The notes below the pieces were generated by a model. That model was given only the letters and a program-made list of their open reading frames with translations, was not told where the DNA came from and made no database searches. From Candidatus Rokuibacteriota bacterium (GTDB taxonomy: Bacteria; Methylomirabilota; Methylomirabilia; Rokubacteriales; DASRDR01): DNA of 64,000 nt. Each line of letters begins with the position of its first letter. The stretch's first letter is position 1. The translations under genes and the position numbers were made by a program. The DNA is taken from the NCBI GenBank assembly GCA_044866005.1, contig JBIOTN010000067.1, positions 15,068 through 79,067 of the forward strand, in the 5' to 3' direction. Positions 10,398 through 20,177 of this stretch are shown piece by piece.

Positions 10398-12845
10398 CTA
10401 GAGCGCCAGCTTCCGCAGGCGGAGGGCGTTGCCGACGACGGAGACGGAGCTGACGCTCATCGCCGCGCTGGCGACCACCGGGCTCAAGAGCAGACCGAAG
10501 ACGGGGTAGAGGACGCCGGCGGCGAGCGGGACGCCGAGCGAGTTGTAGACGAAGGCGAAGAAGAGGTTCTGCCGGATGTTCCGCATCGTGGCCCGGCTCA
10601 GCCGGCGGGCCCGCACGATGCCCCGCAGGTCGCCCTTGACCAGGGTCACCGCGGCGCTCTCCATGGCGACGTCCGTCCCCGTCCCCATCGCGATCCCCAC
10701 GTCGGCCTGGGCCAGCGCCGGCGCGTCGTTGATGCCGTCACCCGCCATCGCCACCCGCCGGCCCTCGGCCTGGAGGCGCCGGACGACCTCGCCCTTCGCC
10801 GCCGGCAGGACCTCCGCCTCGACGCGGTCGATCCCGAGCGCGCGGGCGACGGCCTCGGCGGTCGTCCGGCTGTCGCCGGTGAGCATGACGACCTGGAGGC
10901 CCTCCTCGCGGAGCAGGCGGATCGCCTCGGCGCTGGACGGCTTGATGGGGTCGGCGACGCCGAGCAGGCCGGCCGCCCGGCCCTCCACGACGACGAACAC
11001 GACGGTCTGCCCGTCCTGGCGGAGCTTCTCCGCCTGACCGGCCAGGACCCCGGGCGCGACGGCCAGCTCGTCCAGCAGCCGCGCGTTCCCGAGCGCCACC
11101 GCCCGGCCGTCCACGCGGCCCACCACGCCCTTGCCGGTGAGCGACCGGAACTCGGTCAGCTCGCCGAGCGCGAGGCCGCGCGCGGTGGCCCCCGCGACGA
11201 TCGCCGCGGCGAGCGGGTGCTCGCTCCCCCGCTCGAGCGTCGCGCCGAGGCGCAGGAGCTCCCCGTCGGCGAGGGGCGGCAGGACCACGATGGAAGTCAG
11301 GCGCGGCTTGCCCTCCGTGAGGGTGCCGGTCTTGTCCACCACCACCGTGTCCACCCGCTCCATGATCTCCAGGGCCTCGGCGTGCTTGACGAGCACGCCC
11401 GCCGTCGCGCCCCGGCCCGTGGCGACCATGATGGACATCGGCGTGGCCAGGCCGAGCGCGCACGGGCAGGCGATGATCAGCACGGCCACCGCGTTCACGA
11501 GCGCGTAGGCCAGGCGCGGCTCGGGCCCGACGAGCGCCCACGCGGCGAAGGTCAGCCCCGCGATCGCCACGACCGCCGGCACGAAGTACGAGGAGACCAC
11601 GTCGGCCAGACGCTGGATCGGCGCGCGCGTGCGCTGGGCTTCGCCGACCATGCGCACGATCTGGGCGAGGAGCGTGTCGCTGCCGACCCGCTCGGCCCGC
11701 ATGACGAAGCTCCCCGTGCCGTTCACGGTTCCGCCGGTCACCCGGCTCCCCGGCGTCTTCTCCACGGGGACGGGCTCGCCCGTCAGCATGGACTCGTCGA
11801 CGGCGCTCGCGCCCTCGAGCACGACGCCGTCCACGGGGACGCGCTCGCCCGGGCGGACGCGGAGCCGGTCGCCGGGGGCCACCTGCTCGAGCGGCACGTC
11901 TTCCTCCGCCCCGGCCTCGCCGAGGCGTCGCGCCGTCTTCGGCGCCAGCCCCAGCAGCGCGCGGATCGCGCTGCTGGTCCGGCTGCGGGCGCGGAGCTCG
12001 AGGACCTGCCCCAGCAGCACCAGCACCGTGATGATCGCCGCCGGCTCGAAGTAGACGGGAACCTCGCCGCCGTGGCCGCGGAAGGCGGGCGGGATGAGCC
12101 CGGGCGCGAGCGTCGCCGCGACGCTGTACCCGTACGCCATGCCGATCCCGAGCGCGATGAGCGTGAACATGTTCAGGCTGCGGTTCACGATCGAGGCATA
12201 GCCGCGCTGGAAGAGCGGCCAGCCGCCCCAGAGGACCACCGGCGTGGCGAGGGCCAGCTCGAGCCAGGTCACCGCGCGCATCGACAGCGCGCGCTGGACC
12301 GGCTGCCCGGGCCACATGTCCGACATCGCGAGGACCAGGATGGGGACGGAGAGGAGCAGGCTCACCCGGAAGCGGCGGGACATGTCCACGAGCTCCGGGC
12401 TCACCTCGGCCTCGGCCGTCACCGTCCGGGGCTCGAGCGCCATCCCGCAGATCGGGCAGAGGCCCGGCTCGGGCCGGACGATCTCCGGGTGCATCGGGCA
12501 GAAGTACTCGGTCCGGAATGCGGGTGCCGCGGCGACCGGCGGCTCGAGCGCCATCCCGCACTTCGGGCACGCGCCGGGTCGGGGCTCGCGGACCTCGGGG
12601 TCCATCGGGCACGTGTAGCCGCCGGCCGTCGCCTCCGCCGCCGCGGCGCTCCGGCGCTCGCCGGAGGGCGCCACGTAGCGCCCGGGGTCTGCGCGGAACC
12701 GCTCGAGGCAGGAGGGGTGACAGAAGAGGTACGTCCGGCCGCCGTAGGCGTGGCGTCCGGCGGCCTCGGCCGGCTCCACCGTCATCCCGCAGACGGGGTC
12801 CGTCGCCGCCTGTCCGATCGCCTGCGCCCGCTCGTCCCCTGTCAT
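10398..12845 (-). CDS. copA: Cu(I)-translocating P1B-type ATPase with YHS and heavy-metal-binding domains
   Basis: DPVCGM...YLFC (YHS), YTCPM and YFCPMHP repeats, TGEP, CPC, DKTGT, HP, GDGIND, YN and MxxSS motifs. Confidence 0.92.
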   Translation of the reverse strand: MTGDERAQAIGQAATDPVCGMTVEPAEAAGRHAYGGRTYLFCHPSCLERFRADPGRYVAPSGERRSAAAAEATAGGYTCPMDPEVREPRPGACPKCGMALEPPVAAAPAFRTEYFCPMHPEIVRPEPGLCPICGMALEPRTVTAEAEVSPELVDMSRRFRVSLLLSVPILVLAMSDMWPGQPVQRALSMRAVTWLELALATPVVLWGGWPLFQRGYASIVNRSLNMFTLIALGIGMAYGYSVAATLAPGLIPPAFRGHGGEVPVYFEPAAIITVLVLLGQVLELRARSRTSSAIRALLGLAPKTARRLGEAGAEEDVPLEQVAPGDRLRVRPGERVPVDGVVLEGASAVDESMLTGEPVPVEKTPGSRVTGGTVNGTGSFVMRAERVGSDTLLAQIVRMVGEAQRTRAPIQRLADVVSSYFVPAVVAIAGLTFAAWALVGPEPRLAYALVNAVAVLIIACPCALGLATPMSIMVATGRGATAGVLVKHAEALEIMERVDTVVVDKTGTLTEGKPRLTSIVVLPPLADGELLRLGATLERGSEHPLAAAIVAGATARGLALGELTEFRSLTGKGVVGRVDGRAVALGNARLLDELAVAPGVLAGQAEKLRQDGQTVVFVVVEGRAAGLLGVADPIKPSSAEAIRLLREEGLQVVMLTGDSRTTAEAVARALGIDRVEAEVLPAAKGEVVRRLQAEGRRVAMAGDGINDAPALAQADVGIAMGTGTDVAMESAAVTLVKGDLRGIVRARRLSRATMRNIRQNLFFAFVYNSLGVPLAAGVLYPVFGLLLSPVVASAAMSVSSVSVVGNALRLRKLAL

Positions 12846-13018
12846 GGCGTCACCTCTACAGAGGGTATACCCGGGCCCGGAGATGCGGGAGCCCCGCGCG
12901 GGGGCCGCGCCCGGCCGGCGGAGTGCAAGACGCTGCCGGCGCCGGGCGCCGGATGTAGAATGAGCGGGTCCGCGGCGACTGCTGTACTCCGCCTTCGGAG
13001 TCTTGGAGGACCACGCGC

Positions 13019-14467
13019 ATGACGACCGCACCCAGCGCCAGCTACAGCATGACGATGCGGCTCGAGATCCGGAACCGCCCGGGGATGCTCGGGAAGATCG
13101 CCTCCGCGATCGGGAAGGCGGGCGGGGACATCGGCGCCGTGGACCTGGTCCAGGTGGGCGCGGGCGTGCTCACGCGCGACATCACGTTCAACGCGCGGGA
13201 CGAGGAGCACGGCCAGTCGGTCGTCGGGGCGGTGCGCCGGGTCGCCGGGGTTCGGGTCGTCGCGGTGTCGGACCGCACGTTCCTCATGCACCTGGGCGGC
13301 AAGATCGAGGTGCGGGGGAAGGTGCCGGTGAAGACGCGCGACGACCTGTCGATGGCGTACACGCCGGGGGTGGCGCGCGTCTGCCTGGCCATCCGCGACG
13401 AGCCGCAGACGGCCTACGCGCTGACCATCAAGCAGAACACGGTCGCCGTCGTCACCGACGGCACCGCGGTGCTGGGGCTGGGCGACATCGGGCCGAAGGC
13501 CGCCATGCCCGTGATGGAAGGCAAGGCGCTCCTGTTCAAGGAGTTCGCCGGCGTGGATGCCTTCCCCCTCTGCCTGGCGACCAAGGACGTGGACGAGATC
13601 GTCGCGATCGTCCGCGCGGTGTCGCCGGTCTTCGGGGGCATCAACCTGGAGGACATCGCCGCCCCGCGCTGCTTCGAGATCGAGGAGCGGCTCCGCAAGG
13701 AGCTCGACATCCCGGTCTTCCACGACGACCAGCACGGGACCGCGGTCGTGGTCCTGGCCGCGCTGATCAACGCGCTCAAGGTGGTCAAGAAGAGGCTCGC
13801 GGACGTGCGCGTCGTCTTCTCCGGCGCGGGCGCCTCGGGGATCGCGACGGCGAAGCTCCTCATGGCGGTCGGCTGCCGGCACATCATCGGCTGTGACCGC
13901 TCGGGCACGCTCTACCGGGGTCGCCGCGAGAACATGAATCCGGTCAAGGCGTGGTTCGCCGAGCACACGAACGAAAAGCGCGTGCGGGGCAGCTGCGGCG
14001 ACGCCCTCCGCGGCGCCGATGTCTACATCGGGCTGTCCGGGCCCGGGGTGGTGACGCCGCGGGAGGTGCGGCGGATGGCGCGCCACGCGGTCGTCTTCGC
14101 CATGGCGAACCCGGTGCCCGAGATCATGCCGGAGGACGTCCAGGGGATGGTCCGCGTCATGGCCACGGGCCGGTCGGACTACGCGAACCAGATCAACAAC
14201 GTGCTCTGCTTCCCGGGCTTCTTCCGCGGCCTGCTGGACGTGCGGGCGCGGCTGGTGAACGACGAGATGAAGATCGCGGCCGCCCGCGGCATCGCCTCCA
14301 TCATCGCGGCGAGCGAGCTGGGCGAGGAGTACATCATCCCCTCGGTCTTCGACAAGCGCGTGGTCGAGGCGGTGGCGGACGGGGTCGCCCGCGCCGCCGT
14401 GCAGACCGGGGTGGCGCGTCGCCGCCGTCGGCTCCCCGCGGGGGGCGCCGGCCGGAACGGCGCGTAG
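13019..14467 (+). CDS. NAD(P)-dependent malic enzyme with N-terminal ACT domain
   Basis: NRPGMLG ACT motif; [27 protein letters not shown] and ATGRSDY motifs. Confidence 0.92.
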   Translation: MTTAPSASYSMTMRLEIRNRPGMLGKIASAIGKAGGDIGAVDLVQVGAGVLTRDITFNARDEEHGQSVVGAVRRVAGVRVVAVSDRTFLMHLGGKIEVRGKVPVKTRDDLSMAYTPGVARVCLAIRDEPQTAYALTIKQNTVAVVTDGTAVLGLGDIGPKAAMPVMEGKALLFKEFAGVDAFPLCLATKDVDEIVAIVRAVSPVFGGINLEDIAAPRCFEIEERLRKELDIPVFHDDQHGTAVVVLAALINALKVVKKRLADVRVVFSGAGASGIATAKLLMAVGCRHIIGCDRSGTLYRGRRENMNPVKAWFAEHTNEKRVRGSCGDALRGADVYIGLSGPGVVTPREVRRMARHAVVFAMANPVPEIMPEDVQGMVRVMATGRSDYANQINNVLCFPGFFRGLLDVRARLVNDEMKIAAARGIASIIAASELGEEYIIPSVFDKRVVEAVADGVARAAVQTGVARRRRRLPAGGAGRNGA

Positions 14468-14510
14468 CCGCCCCCGCGGGCGGAGCCGGGCCGGCCGGCG
14501 AGGCCACGGG

Positions 14511-15083
14511 ATGCGCCGGCTCGCGGGACCGTCGATCGTGGCGCTCGCGCTCCTGGCCGGCGTCCCCCGGAGCGGGCCGGCCGCCCCACCGGGCCTCCCG
14601 CGACTCGGGGCCGCCCCGAACTTCGCCCTGACGACCCACCTGAATGACCGCGTCTGGCTCACCCAGCTCCGCGGCCGCGCCGTCGTCCTCACGTTTACCT
14701 GCGCGACATGTGGAGCGTGTCCCACCGTCGTGCCGACCCTCGCCGAGGTGGCGCGCGGGCTGGGCGAGGCGGCGGGCGGACGGGTCTTCTTCGTCGCGGT
14801 GACGGTCGACCCGCGCCATGACAGCGCCGCCGTCCTCCGGGACTTCGCCCGGGCGCACGGTCTGAGCCCGCTGGCGTGGCTTCTCCTCACCGGGACGCCG
14901 GCCGAGGTGGAGGTGGTGGCCCGGCGCTTCGGCGTGGAGGCCCGGGCCGACGCCTTGTCCGAGGCCGCCTGCCCGGTGGTGCTGATCGACCGCACCGGCA
15001 CGATCCGCGTGCGCTACCGGGGCCCGGAGCTCGGCCGCCTCCGCTTCGACCTGGTGCAGCTTCTCGCCGAGCCTGCCGGCTAG
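14511..15083 (+). CDS. SCO/SenC-family protein (atypical CATCGAC motif)
   Basis: Signal-like N-terminus; APNFAL, TFTCATCGACP, VTVDP, WLLLTG and LIDRTG motifs. Confidence 0.75.
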   Translation: MRRLAGPSIVALALLAGVPRSGPAAPPGLPRLGAAPNFALTTHLNDRVWLTQLRGRAVVLTFTCATCGACPTVVPTLAEVARGLGEAAGGRVFFVAVTVDPRHDSAAVLRDFARAHGLSPLAWLLLTGTPAEVEVVARRFGVEARADALSEAACPVVLIDRTGTIRVRYRGPELGRLRFDLVQLLAEPAG

Positions 15084-15106
15084 CCGGTCAAAAGACTTGA
15101 CCTTCC
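15035..15106 (+). repeat. 72-bp direct repeat, copy 1 (flanks TA module)
   Basis: Matches 15825-15896 at offset 790 with 6 mismatches by manual count. Confidence 0.85.
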
Positions 15107-15218
15107 GGTCCTCACAGCACAGAGCTCCAGCCTTCCTTGGCGCTTGCGGGCGCAAAAGGAAGGGACTGCCGCATGGCGGCGTGGTAGGATATTTCATCAT
15201 ACCCGGGAAGGTTGCCAC

Positions 15219-15461
15219 GTGCCGAAGACCAAGGTCGCCATCACGCTCGATGCCGAGCTGCTTGATCGGGTCGATGAACTGGTCGCCCGACGAGAGTTCC
15301 GCAATCGGAGCCAGGCCATCGAGGCCGCGCTCGCCGAGAAGCTGGCAAGGGCCCGACGGACGCGCCTGGCGCGGGAGTGCGCAAAGCTCGACCCCGAGGA
15401 GGAGAAAGCCCTCGCCGAGGAAGGCCTCGCCGGGAGCTCTGACTCGTGGCCCGAATACTGA
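15219..15461 (+). CDS. Ribbon-helix-helix antitoxin
   Basis: GTG start, KVAITLDAELLDRVD...NRSQAI RHH pattern; overlaps the toxin gene; imperfect IR GTAGGAT/ATCATAC at 15184-15202 upstream. Confidence 0.8.
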   Translation: MPKTKVAITLDAELLDRVDELVARREFRNRSQAIEAALAEKLARARRTRLARECAKLDPEEEKALAEEGLAGSSDSWPEY

Positions 15462-15781
15462 GGGGCGAGATCCGCTGGGCCGACCTCAATCCAGTTCGCG
15501 GCCGGGAACAGGCTGGGCTCCGACCCATTCTGGTCCTGAGCCATGACGTGTTCAATGAGCGCTCCGCGACGGTCATTGCCGTCGCCCTGACCAGTCGAGA
15601 GCCCCGCGCTGGGTTTCCGCTCACGCTCGAGAGTAACGCCCGGGGTTTGCCGAAGCGATCGTGGATCCGGATCAGCCAAGTCCGGACACTTTCCGTGGAG
15701 AGGATCGGGCGGCGTCTGGCGCGCGCCTCTGAGGAAGAGGTTGATCGCGTCGTGGAGGGCCTCAGCGAGATAATCGGCTGA
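15446..15781 (+). CDS. PemK/MazF-family toxin
   Basis: RGEIRWADLNPVRGREQAGLRPILVLS and SQVRTLS motifs. Confidence 0.9.
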   Translation: MARILRGEIRWADLNPVRGREQAGLRPILVLSHDVFNERSATVIAVALTSREPRAGFPLTLESNARGLPKRSWIRISQVRTLSVERIGRRLARASEEEVDRVVEGLSEIIG

Positions 15782-15824
15782 CGGCGTGATCCACGGCGGT
15801 TCGCGTTGCCCGCACAGTCCGGGC

Positions 15825-15896
15825 CCGCCTCCGCTTCGACTTGATCCAGCTTCTCGCCGAGCTCGCCGGCTAGCGGGTCAAAAGACTTGACCTTCC
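15825..15896 (+). repeat. 72-bp direct repeat, copy 2
   Basis: Copy of the SCO 3' end plus the TTGACCTTCC promoter half. Confidence 0.85.
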
Positions 15897-15917
15897 CCTT
15901 CCTGGAAGCCGCACCGT
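15887..15917 (+). promoter_or_regulatory. CueR-type MerR promoter/operator
   Basis: TTGACC -35, ACCTTCC-N7-GGAAGCC dyad, 19-bp spacer to CACCGT; upstream of the Csp-like gene. Confidence 0.65.
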
Positions 15918-15998
15918 GGCATCAATACGTCGGAGGAGAGGGTGGAGTACCGGGAAGAACACGAGACAGTGGAAACCGGGGGGGCGGAGGGATCGGCT

Positions 15999-16351
15999 AT
16001 GGCAGTGGCCAGCCGAGAGCTCATCGAGCGCTGTGTCGAAGAGTGTCTGAATTGCCTCAAGCTCGCGTCACGTTGCGTGGACTCGTGCCTGGCGGACGAC
16101 CAGGCCAAGGCGATGGCGCGCTGCATCGGCTCTGCCTGGACTGCGCGGACCTCTGCCAGGCCTGTATCGCCACGCTCGGCCGGAACTCGGAACACGCGCG
16201 CGAGCTCTGCCGGGTGTTGGCGGACGTCTGCGAGGCGTGCGCGACGGAGTGCGAGAAGTTCGGCGACGGCATCATGCGCCAGTGCGCGGAAGCGTGCCGG
16301 CAGTGCGCCGAGGCCTGCCGCCAGGTGGCACGGGTGCGGGCCGCCGCCTGA
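15999..16351 (+). pseudogene. Cys-rich four-helix-bundle copper storage protein (Csp3/DUF326-like), frameshifted near 16127
   Basis: CxxxCxxC repeats run in one frame up to ARCI and continue in another frame (LCLDCADLC...QCAEAC); adding one C restores ATC CGG CTC; may be a sequencing error. Confidence 0.8.
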
Positions 16352-16448
16352 GGCCGGCTCCGCGGGGCGGGGCGGTGCGGCGTGCCGTGCCGTCCCGCCG
16401 CGCGTTCAGCGCCGGCCGCGCGAAAGCCGACCGGCGCAAGGCCGGGGC

Positions 16449-16480
16449 TTGACATTCCAGTTAACTGGAAGGATTACCCT
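16449..16480 (+). promoter_or_regulatory. MerR-family promoter with 20-bp spacer
   Basis: TTGACA, perfect palindrome TTCCAGTTAACTGGAA (16455-16470), TACCCT; directly upstream of a MerR gene. Confidence 0.8.
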
Positions 16481-16515
16481 GTCTGTGTGAGCGATTCGAC
16501 CAGGGAGAGCCGAGA

Positions 16516-16953
16516 GTGAGCACGCCCCTGAAGATCGGCGAGCTGGCCGCCAAGAGCGGGGTCGCGGCGAAGACCATCCGCTTCTATGAAGGGGCGGGCG
16601 TGCTTCCGGCCCCCAGCCGGGGGGCGAACGGCTACCGCCTCTACGGCGCCGACGCCCTGGATCTCCTGCGCTTCGTTCGGCAGGCGCGAGGCCTCGGTCT
16701 CACCCTCGGGGAGATCAAGGAGCTGGTCGCGATCCGCCGGCGCGGGGAGATCCCCTGCCGGCACGTCTATCGGCTGATCGAGGAGAAGGCCGCGGAGTTC
16801 GAGCGCAAGCTGAAGGACCTCGCCGAGCTTCGGGCGGTCCTTCGCCGGAGCCTCCGGTCGGCGCCGCGGCCGTTCCCCCGCGCCGCCGTCTGTCCCCATA
16901 TCGAGGCTGGGAGCCAGGGGGCTTTCGCCGTCTCCCGCCCCCGGAAGGCGTAG
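16516..16953 (+). CDS. MerR-family heavy-metal-responsive regulator
   Basis: LKIGELA, TIRFYE, NGYRLY, ARGLGLTL; Cys in PCRHV and VCPHI. Confidence 0.9.
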   Translation: MSTPLKIGELAAKSGVAAKTIRFYEGAGVLPAPSRGANGYRLYGADALDLLRFVRQARGLGLTLGEIKELVAIRRRGEIPCRHVYRLIEEKAAEFERKLKDLAELRAVLRRSLRSAPRPFPRAAVCPHIEAGSQGAFAVSRPRKA

Positions 16954-19368
16954 ATGGCCCTGGCCAAGCTCCAGCTCAAGATTGGCGGGATGGCGTGCTC
17001 CTTCTGTGTCGAGACCATCAAGAAAGGCCTCGGCCGGATCGATGGGGTGGCCGAGGTCGACGTCAGCCTCGCCCACGAGGAGGCGCTGATCGCCTACGAC
17101 CCCGCCCGGGTGCCGCCGACGCTCGTCCGCGATACGCTCCGCAGCCTCGGCTACACGGTTCGGGACCCCACCAAGGTCCGCACGTTCGAGGACGAAGAGG
17201 CCGAGCTGGCCCGTGAGCGGGACCGCCTCATCCTGGCGGGGGCGGCTGCATGGTCGGCGTTCATGGCCATGCTGCTCATGTGGGTGGGCCGGCACCACCC
17301 CGCGGTCCACTGGTTCATGGCCGCGCTCGGCGCGGGGATGGTCTTCGGGCCCGGCCTCTACATCCTGAAGATGGCGTGGGCCTCCGCTCGCCGGCGGATC
17401 CTCAACCAGCACGTCCTTATGGAGGTCTCGGCGTTCGGCGGCCTCGCCGGCGGGATCATGGGGCTCGTGAAGCCGGTGTTCCCGAGCTACGAGTTCTTCG
17501 GCGTCGCCGTCTTCGTCACGGCCTACCACATTCTCGGTGGTTACACCTCGCTGCTCGTTCGGACACGCGCCTCCCAGGCGGTGAAGAAGCTGCTCTCGCT
17601 CCAACCGCTGACCGCGCGGGTCGTGCGCGACGGCGCGGAGGTCGATGTCCCCATGGCCGAGGTCCGGAAGGGCGACCTCGTGCGGGTGCGGCCGGGCGAG
17701 CAGGTGCCAGTCGACGGGACCGTTGTGGAAGGCGCCTCGGCCGTGAACGAGAGCCTGGTCACTGGCGAGCCCCTGCCGCGCGAGAAGCTACCCGGCCAGG
17801 AGGTGATCGGCGGCTCGCTCAACACGTCGGGGACGCTGCTCGTCCGCGTCACCCGGGTCGGCGAGGAGAGCTTCCTCGAGCAGGTGGCGCGCCACATTCA
17901 GGAGGCGCGCGCGCTGAAGCCGGGCATCCTGCTGCTGCTGGACCGGATCCTGAGGTATTTCGTCCCCGGCGTGCTCGCCGTCGGCCTGGCGGCGTTCGGC
18001 TTCTGGTCGCTCGGCGCCTGGACGCTCTGGGGCGCGCCCGACTGGGACCGTGCCGCGTTCGCGGCGCTGGCGGTGTTCGTGATGGGCTATCCCTGCGCGC
18101 TCGGGATGGCCATGCCCCTGGCGATGATCCGCGGGGGCGGCGAAGCCGCCCGCCAGGGGATCCTCATGCGGAGCGCGGCGTCGTTCCAGGCCTTCAAGGA
18201 CGTCTCGGTCGTCGTGCTCGACAAGACGGGAACCATCACGCATGGCCAGCCTCGCGTCGTGGACATCGTCCCGGCCGGCGGTTGGGAGCCGGACGGCGTA
18301 CTCCGGCTGGCCGCGGCCGCCGAGCAGCCCTCCGAGCACCCGCTCGGCCAGGCGGTGGTGAAGGCCGCGGAGGCGCGCGGTCTCCAGGTTCCTCAGGCGG
18401 CGGACTTCCAGGCGGTGGCCGGCCACGGTGTCCGGGCCACGACCGACGGCAAGCGGCTCCTCCTCGGGACGCTCCGCTTTCTCGCCGAAGCCGGCGTCCG
18501 GACGGACGGACTTGCTGCCGCCGCCGAGGCCCAGGAGGCCGGAGCCCGGACCGTGATCGCCCTGGCCGCCGACGGCCACCTCGCCGGCCTCATCGCCCTG
18601 GCAGATACCGTCAAGCCGGACGCGGCCGAGGCAGTCGCCCGCTTCCGCGCGGCCGCGATCGAGCCGGTGATGATCACCGGCGACAACCCGCGGACCGCCC
18701 GAGCGGTGGCCGAGCAGGTCGGGATCCGGCAAGTGCTCGCCCAGGTGCTGCCGCAGGACAAGGCGGCCCGGGTTCGGGAGCTCCAGCGCCAGGGCAAGCG
18801 GGTGGCCATGGTCGGGGACGGCATCAACGACGCTCCGGCGCTCATGCAGGCCGACGTCGGGCTCGCGATCGGCGCCGGCACTGACATCGCCATCGAGTCG
18901 GCCGACGTGGTGCTGGTCGGCGAGCGGCTGACCGCGGCGGTCGATGCCTACCACGTCGCGCGCCGGACGTACCGGAAGACGGTCCAGAACCTGACCCTCG
19001 CCTTCTCCTTCAACGGGGTCGGCGTCCCGCTGGCGACTACCGGGCTGTTGGCCCCGGTCTGGGCGATGGCCGCCATGGCGGCGAGCGTGACGGTGGTCCT
19101 GCTCAACTCCTTCCTCGGCCGCCTCGTGCCGCAGTGGCGGAGGCGGCAGCCGGAGGTGCAGCAGTTCGCCTTGACGGTCCCGAGCATCCACTGCGACGGC
19201 TGCGTGACGATGATTCGCGAGGAGCTGGTCAAGCTGCCGATGGTCGTGTCCGTGGACGGCGACCCGGTGTCGAAGCAGGTCGTCGTCACGACGCGCGACG
19301 GTCAGGGGCAGCTCGCCGCGGTCGAGGAGGCGATCGCGCGCCTCGGCCACGTGGTGGGGGAACGCTGA
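16954..19368 (+). CDS. Heavy-metal P1B-type ATPase (YPC motif) with N- and C-terminal HMA domains
   Basis: GMACSFC, TGEP, GYPCALG, DKTGT, SEHP, GDGIND and C-terminal SIHCDGC. Confidence 0.9.
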   Translation: MALAKLQLKIGGMACSFCVETIKKGLGRIDGVAEVDVSLAHEEALIAYDPARVPPTLVRDTLRSLGYTVRDPTKVRTFEDEEAELARERDRLILAGAAAWSAFMAMLLMWVGRHHPAVHWFMAALGAGMVFGPGLYILKMAWASARRRILNQHVLMEVSAFGGLAGGIMGLVKPVFPSYEFFGVAVFVTAYHILGGYTSLLVRTRASQAVKKLLSLQPLTARVVRDGAEVDVPMAEVRKGDLVRVRPGEQVPVDGTVVEGASAVNESLVTGEPLPREKLPGQEVIGGSLNTSGTLLVRVTRVGEESFLEQVARHIQEARALKPGILLLLDRILRYFVPGVLAVGLAAFGFWSLGAWTLWGAPDWDRAAFAALAVFVMGYPCALGMAMPLAMIRGGGEAARQGILMRSAASFQAFKDVSVVVLDKTGTITHGQPRVVDIVPAGGWEPDGVLRLAAAAEQPSEHPLGQAVVKAAEARGLQVPQAADFQAVAGHGVRATTDGKRLLLGTLRFLAEAGVRTDGLAAAAEAQEAGARTVIALAADGHLAGLIALADTVKPDAAEAVARFRAAAIEPVMITGDNPRTARAVAEQVGIRQVLAQVLPQDKAARVRELQRQGKRVAMVGDGINDAPALMQADVGLAIGAGTDIAIESADVVLVGERLTAAVDAYHVARRTYRKTVQNLTLAFSFNGVGVPLATTGLLAPVWAMAAMAASVTVVLLNSFLGRLVPQWRRRQPEVQQFALTVPSIHCDGCVTMIREELVKLPMVVSVDGDPVSKQVVVTTRDGQGQLAAVEEAIARLGHVVGER

Positions 19369-19369
19369 G

Positions 19370-19876
19370 ATGCGGAAATGGGTATGGGTCGCGGTCCTCG
19401 CCGCGGCGCTCGTGACCGGGTACGCCGTCGGGTACTTCTTCAACCCCGCCGGCGTCCCGCCGGTCAAGGGCTACCTGGACGGGCGCGAGGTCAAGTTCCT
19501 CCACACCGAGGCCTCGGACCCGAAGGTGGCCGCGCTCCTGACGGAGATGATGCGCTCGCCCGTCCTGGTCGTCCCGGCGCTCGCCCGGGCCCCCGAGGCC
19601 ATGGTGGCGCCCGTCTACGTGTTCACGAACGGCGTGAGGAAGGGGGAGGGGCCGTTCAGGTATCAGTCCGACGTCTTCGAGCGGCCGCCGGGCCAGGATG
19701 GCTACAGCCCGCTGCGCGCGGTCCACCTCGTGAAGTGGAAGAACGAGGGCGCCGCCCGTGAGCTCCGATCGGCCGGGGAAGTGAAAGAGGCGGAGGCGAA
19801 GGGCGAGCTGACGATCGAGCGGCCGGGCGTCGTCGTCAACATGCCGTTCCTCACGTGGCCCGGCGGACGGCGGTGA
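19370..19876 (+). CDS. Exported/membrane-anchored hypothetical protein
   Basis: N-terminal hydrophobic helix; operonic spacing; YSPLRAVHLV...VVVNMP. Confidence 0.7.
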   Translation: MRKWVWVAVLAAALVTGYAVGYFFNPAGVPPVKGYLDGREVKFLHTEASDPKVAALLTEMMRSPVLVVPALARAPEAMVAPVYVFTNGVRKGEGPFRYQSDVFERPPGQDGYSPLRAVHLVKWKNEGAARELRSAGEVKEAEAKGELTIERPGVVVNMPFLTWPGGRR

Positions 19877-19916
19877 CGATCAGGGGCGTGAACCGAAAGG
19901 AGCTTCACGGAGAGAG

Positions 19917-20123
19917 ATGACCACGGTGCGGTTGAGGGTCCCTACGATCAAGTGCGAAGGATGCGTCGAGAGGATCAGGAGCACGCTCGTCACGAGGGCG
20001 GGAGTCCACCGGGTCGAAGGCGACCCGGAGCGGAAGGAGCTCAGCGTGACGTTCAACCCTGAGCAGTTGAGCGATCAAGACATCCGAGCCGCGGTGTGGA
20101 ATGCCGGGTTCATGGTCGGCTGA
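19917..20123 (+). CDS. HMA-domain copper chaperone (CopZ-like)
   Basis: 68 aa; TIKCEGC motif; AGF C-terminal turn; RBS GGAGAG. Confidence 0.85.
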   Translation: MTTVRLRVPTIKCEGCVERIRSTLVTRAGVHRVEGDPERKELSVTFNPEQLSDQDIRAAVWNAGFMVG

Positions 20124-20177
20124 GGCGCTGTCACAGCTCATGACGGGCTCAACCGGACGCACGGAGACGGCCGTGGA

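Noticed and set aside
12850..12875. Possible CsoR-like operator or RBS hairpin upstream of copA (CCTCT-AC-AGAGG, GGGTATACCC)
   Set aside because: Short and only half matches the CsoR consensus; no csoR gene in the window.
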